A stretch of 52,793 nucleotides of DNA, the filler included, from Catajapyx aquilonaris (lineage: Eukaryota), in the NCBI GenBank assembly GCA_000934665.2. It is 3 parts of 3 records of this genome, joined end to end, with 100 filler letters (N's around TTAATTAATTAA, not from the genome) between each part and the next. Parts side by side here need not be neighbours in the genome. Positions count along the whole stretch, not along the records: positions 35,271 to 52,793 come from JYFJ02006923.1; 2 more parts are not named here. The stretch is one strand, 5' to 3'. Made by a program: the position numbers and the translations under genes. Below are positions 47,716-52,793 of this stretch, piece by piece; positions within the stretch are counted from its first letter, which is position 1; each line of letters opens with the position of its first letter. Below the pieces are notes generated by a model that did no database searches, was not told where the DNA came from, and saw only the letters and a program-made list of their open reading frames with translations.

Positions 47716-49583
47716 TTTCATCTTTTGCTTTTGCCACTCAATGTGTCTTCTTCCAAGTCTGTTGGCCATTTTAAGCCCTTCTTGTAGTTCATGTAGCATA
47801 TGGAAGTAATCCCACCTGATTTCCTGAAAAACAAGCACCATGTATGCAGTCAAACATTATTGCACAGTAGCTCTAGTTCATAAGTGAGTGCCAGTGTGCT
47901 ATAAAATTCTGCAACACCTGCCAAAGGCAAATAACAGCAACAGTTAGTGACATCATGACATCTGTTTACTGGGTATATAATTATTTGAACCAAGCAGGCT
48001 TCAAACTGTGAAGGTAGCCTATTCCCATTATGTTTTGACTGTCCATCTCCGATGATCATTGAAAAGAGAACTCCTTAGCCATGCCTCTTCGTCATCATCA
48101 GCGAAGAGAATCAAAATGGAACCAGAAAAACCTGAATGTGTGATAGCACTTGACTACAAATTGTTGAAAATGAAACAGCAATACACTCACCTCATTATTC
48201 TGGTCAATAATGACTTGTCTTTCTCCAAGTGTGTACCTCACCAACTTCAACATGTGGCAGGGATCCAGTACCAGTATGATTGAATTTGTTGGATCTGAAG
48301 GGTGTTCAAATTCGGGGTTTGAATTAGGAAAGGTCAGCTGTCCACCCAACTGGTTACCAAGAGCAAAGTTGACTGCAACACCATCAAATGTAATGCAAAC
48401 CACTTTAATGTTGCTGTTGTGCAAGTAGACGAGGCACTCATTTAAAAGGGTATGCCGCTCTTCTGCATTCAATCTCTCTATGAGAAAGTATGCAACTGGA
48501 ACCTTCATTCGCACGTTGATCCCAACAAGCAGAAATACAAAAACTTGTGTTGCGACAGGTAGGGAATCGTTGTTTATTCCTGTTCCCATATCAACGTAGC
48601 CGACAATTTGGTCTCCAACCAAGTCAATGTGTTTTCGGATGCACATCTCATCCAAAACTAATGCAAAAATCGGCTTTTCTTCAGGTGATGTCATTTTCTT
48701 CGCCACAGATGTTATTATCTGCTCAGAAAATCCAGGCCGACCATCCACACTTCTTGCCCAGTGTCTCAGTGTACTGATGTGTGGTAAACACAAATCAAAA
48801 GTGTTTCTGATGAACTGATATGCCCGAGGTGAATAATAATGCAGAGTCATTGCAAATTTTCGAAGATCCTCATCGTATGGCCCAGTTCCTTTACCTCTAC
48901 TTTTTTTCGCCTGTCTGTCAAAAATGGCAAGGGAGGTTGCATTGAATTCTCCAGAAAATGAATCAAGCCGATCTTGCATAAGTAATTTGCTCCCTTTTAA
49001 CTCATTCAGCAGCTCACCCATGTTGGTGAGAGATTTTTTTTCAATTTCTGCTTGTGTTTTAGAAGATTTTTCACCTTCTTTGAAAGGATGAGTAAGTATA
49101 AACAATATATTTCCACTGTATCAAAGCTGCCCATAATAATCATTAGAGAGTGCAACAACTGCTTTCTAGTGTTGTACAAACTTGTGGTCGGCTGACTGTG
49201 TCAGCTAGCATCGGTTTACTGTATTTTTACTACTGTGCAGCCTTACCTTTTGCAAATGTTCAGGAAACTTGAAAATGCATGGAATGGCATTTGGTCGTAA
49301 ACGAGTTGTTTGACCAGTTCGGTCAAAACATTCTGCTTCAAAATGTGTGCTCCACAAGTATGAAAACTTGGAGGGTGTCCAGTCCAACCTCCTAACTGCA
49401 CTGATCCATTTTGATCTCAGGTCAGCATCACTTGGAAAACTACAACAACAAAAAATACAGTGATAATGAATGTTACAAAATCCAATAATATTTTCAGATC
49501 AGCTTATACCCATGAAATGTTAATCGGGGTATTTTCTTGTTATCCCTGTTGGTGCAATGGAATGCTGAACAAGCTTTCACCAT
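47716..49583 (-). pseudogene. THAP-domain P-element transposase (THAP9-like), intron-containing, 3'-truncated
   Basis: Exons 49583-49510 (MVKACSAFHC...FHG), 49439-49247 (FPSD...W...STHF...LRPNAIPCIF), ~49080-48191 (LHYYSPRAY, LDEM, GYVDMG, TFDG, DPCHMLKLVR), 47823-47716 (IRWDYF...ANRL...HIEWQKQKMK). Confidence 0.85.
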
Positions 49584-49755
49584 CACTGCAAAAAACGTAG
49601 GGCCCATAGGTTATTAAGATTGATAAGGTGACAAAGAACTTTGAGAGGCTACAACTGCCACTTCTTTTCTCGGTTGCAACATGTTACATCTTGCGTTAAT
49701 TTGGAAATTAATCTACTACCACTGGCCGCTTTTCATGCGATTGAGACAAATACAA

Positions 49756-50480
49756 TTAATATAAAAAGGTATGTGTAGCTTTTTGAAAGGCACGGTCTAG
49801 CTCATGGCCTTCTTTTGTCTGTATTATGTCCTTGTATTTTTCCAGCAATCTTCTCAAAGCTGTCTTCTCTCCTGGCTTTACATCTCCGACTTTCAATTCT
49901 CGCCAATCTACTTCTCCAAGCTTTAACTTGTCTTCTGTACTTCTTAGAGGTGACAACCGTGTAGCTTCTTCTGCTTTTCCTATCACCAGGTTTTTAGGTC
50001 GTTTCATGGGGCTATTCTTAAGATGAAGTTACATTTCCCTTCATTTGGAATGATTTTTCCTGATATCCCCACCAACCGCGTGTCCGTATCTGAATCACAC
50101 TCTGATTCACATTCATCTTTCCAGGCCTTCTTGATGATAGAGGTGCTGGCGCCAGAGTGCACTAAAAATAAAGCTATCTTGCCTTTGATTTTGATAACGA
50201 TCCTGGGAGTCTTTTTCCACTTATTTTCTGACTCTACATCCAGCACGTTGGTTTGAATTCTGGCGCTGTTTCTTTTTCCTGCACCTACCCTCGCCTACTC
50301 CACGTGAGACGACGAGGGGCCTTCTAAGTTTCCCTGGTTCTTTTGTGCTTCTGGTTTGCTCCTACAGAATTTTTGGATATGACCTTTTTTTCACACTGGT
50401 GGCAGGTCATCTTTGACCAACACGAAACGGAAGTATGTCCCAACTTTTTGCATATTCCACATGTCGGTCGGCCCTCAGTT
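49756..50480 (-). pseudogene. Degenerate gypsy gag zinc knuckles plus protease fragment
   Basis: CGICKKLGHTSVSC...CHQCEKK; FLVHSGASTSII (DSG to HSG); LRRLLEKYKDII; stops and frameshifts. Confidence 0.7.
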
Positions 50481-51079
50481 CCAACGTTGCCTTTTTTTTG
50501 AATAATGAACATTTGTGGATATTAATGTCATATGGAATCAGTTGCAAGAGAAATTCAGAGCTGGACAAAAAGAGAAAAATTATCACCGAATAAATACAAA
50601 ATTAAAGTAAAGTACTAATACCGCATACAGTGAGCATAATTATGCATTAGACAACACTCTCTAACAACATATTACGTAATTCATAATGGAATCAAGACGT
50701 CCTTTGAGAAAGCTCCATAAAATAATATGTATGACATTTGTCCCCAACATTTGCTCACCAAAGGCATGCAAACACCAAATGGAGCAGTTGTAAGACCCAG
50801 GAAAGAGAGAAGACATTATTTTGTACTGTATTTCTCATTGTTCATACACTTACATATATCACCATAGTTTCACCAAGTGTATTTTGTATTATTTTCTTAT
50901 TGTTCACTCACCCACATATCACCATCGATTCATCATCATTTTTGTAAACAGTGTTCTCAATAAAAGGGGACTGCACCGGGGCAATTCAAGTCAGTCTGGT
51001 CTGAGTAGTCAAAGGGGAAGGTAGCTCTTGAGCCCTGCTCTAATTTAATAAGTTTTGACTAGACTTGTCCTGTCCTGAG

Positions 51080-52418
51080 TGTAGGTGTAATGTTGAATTG
51101 TTTGTTTTAATTGTTGGACAGGGACATGTCGATATGCTGGTGTCTATACCTGGCCAGCTCCCGCTTGTGAGCGCCGCCGGTGCGTTGGTGTATGTGTGTG
51201 TTATGGTCGTAGTGTATATATCGTATGTTGTATGTGAGTGGTATTTGTAAGAGCTTCCACCATCCCGACGGGACAGTCGGCGGAAGCCCGGACTGGGTCA
51301 TCGTAGAGTCGTTGTGTCCATAGACAACTAGTTTTGGCGCTACATAATTTTTGGTGCCGTGACCCAGTCGATTCTCTCTTGTGTGTGTACTACTTTAATT
51401 CTACAAGAGGTTTGTTGTGAGTTGCTAGTCAACAGTGAAAAGATGTCCACTCGCAGTCGAAAAGGTCGCAGGGATAATTCCTTTGAACAAGAACGGGACA
51501 CAACCACTCAACGTGTCACCGCACCTGTTCGTCCAGCATATGTTGATCCAAATTACTTGAACCTCTCATTTGTCCACTTGGTTCCAACGTATCAAGGGTT
51601 ACAGTCGGAGTCCATATCTCAGTTTTTGTCCAACATAGAGGAAGCAGCAACACTGTCAGGTTGGTCAGAACAACAGAAGACTCTCGTTACAAAGTTCAGG
51701 ATTTTGGGGGATGCAAAGGCTTATGTCAATTCTTTGCCTGCATTAGNGCATAAAGGGTGCGGTCAACATTGATCAAGCAGTTGTGTATGCTGCTGAACAG
51801 GAGCAATTAGAGTCTCTTCAAAAGAAAAAGGTAGTGAGAATTCAGGCTGAAGAGAGTAATACGGACAGACTCGATGAGTTGTTCTCAAAAATTCTTCAGA
51901 TTGAAGAAAAGATTTCTTCAAAAGCGGTACAGCAGGTCGATTCTCAACCCGCCACTATTAATGATCCACCTGCAAGATACAGTGGTCGTAGATCTCCTAC
52001 ACCCTACTACCACAGGGACTACAGTCACAGTCCTAATAATTATCGTAACCACTCAAGGGAGTCAGCTAGAAGAAGTGATCGGTATGATCAGGGTAGCTAC
52101 TCTCAGGCACGTCGTGCCAGTCCATATGTGGAACGAGACAGGCGAGGTAATAGTCATAGGGAGAATTCATTCGACTATAACCGTCGCAGAAGGCGTAACA
52201 ACAGTTATGGTCATAGGTCCAATAGCCGTGAGTATGGTAGGTCCAGAAATAACAGCCGTGGTTACAATGCCGGTACTCGTGGTGTTGACAGAGGTACAAG
52301 CCCTGGAACAAGGGATGTGGTCTGCAATCGGTGTGGAGAAGTAGGACATGTTTTTTGTAACAACTATTCTCGTCACTCTTCTCCGGGAAACGGAAGGTGG
52401 CCCTCTCGCCGAAATTAA
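51080..52418 (+). mobile_element. Truncated LTR retrotransposon: putative LTR (51080-51344), tRNA-His PBS (51352-51364), deleted gag
   Basis: TGTAG...CTACA; TGGTGCCGTGACC; SISQFLSNIEEAATLSGWSEQQK...ILGDAKAY; R/S-rich region; CNRCGEVGH knuckle ending GNGRWPSRRN. Confidence 0.7.
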
Positions 52419-52793
52419 AAGGTGATCAGGGGGGCCGTCAATTTCATAATCAGAGCCCACATTCTTCTTATCATTCACCTCCACCGGTTCATCAAGAAGT
52501 CCTAGTTGTCACTCGTACACACGCACCCATGATTCATGTACGAATTGGAGACGAGTCAGCAGTGTTTCTTGTAGATACAGGAGCTGCAGTCTCAATCCTC
52601 AAACCCGAGTTCAGACATTTCCATGAAGGAAGGTGCATCCAGAACACAAATATAAAGTTAAGTTCTGCATCTGGTGATACTCTGAAAACAGATGGTCAGT
52701 ACTTTTTCAGCATTTCATTGGGTAGTCGCACCATACAGCATAAGTTTTGGGTTGCAGAAATAGAGTTAGGTTCTGATTGTGATGGCATCATAG

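Overview
Eukaryotic genomic DNA from an invertebrate, most likely an arthropod. It has spliceosomal introns and two assembly gaps carrying an artificial TTAATTAATTAA linker (17538-17637, 35171-35270), so adjacency across these gaps is unproven. Host genes: (1) a two-exon C2H2 zinc-finger gene whose last 8 fingers form an 84-bp minisatellite varying mainly at DNA-contact residues; (2) three paralogous F-box/LRR genes, of which the two complete, divergently oriented ones both end in a hydrophobic tail-anchor-like segment; (3) a four-exon AAGAB (p34) gene. Most of the rest is transposon-derived. It includes a three-level nest with all target-site duplications intact (mariner > Mag-type Ty3/gypsy > palindromic Mutator derivative), a ~2-kb foldback element interrupted by a Helentron fragment, THAP/P-element, Sola and gypsy remnants, and many MITEs. 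A recurring signal is in-place inverted duplication (fold-back/template-switch hairpins) from ~30 bp to ~1 kb, including inside coding sequence and non-terminal DNA. All family assignments come from motif recognition, not database searches.
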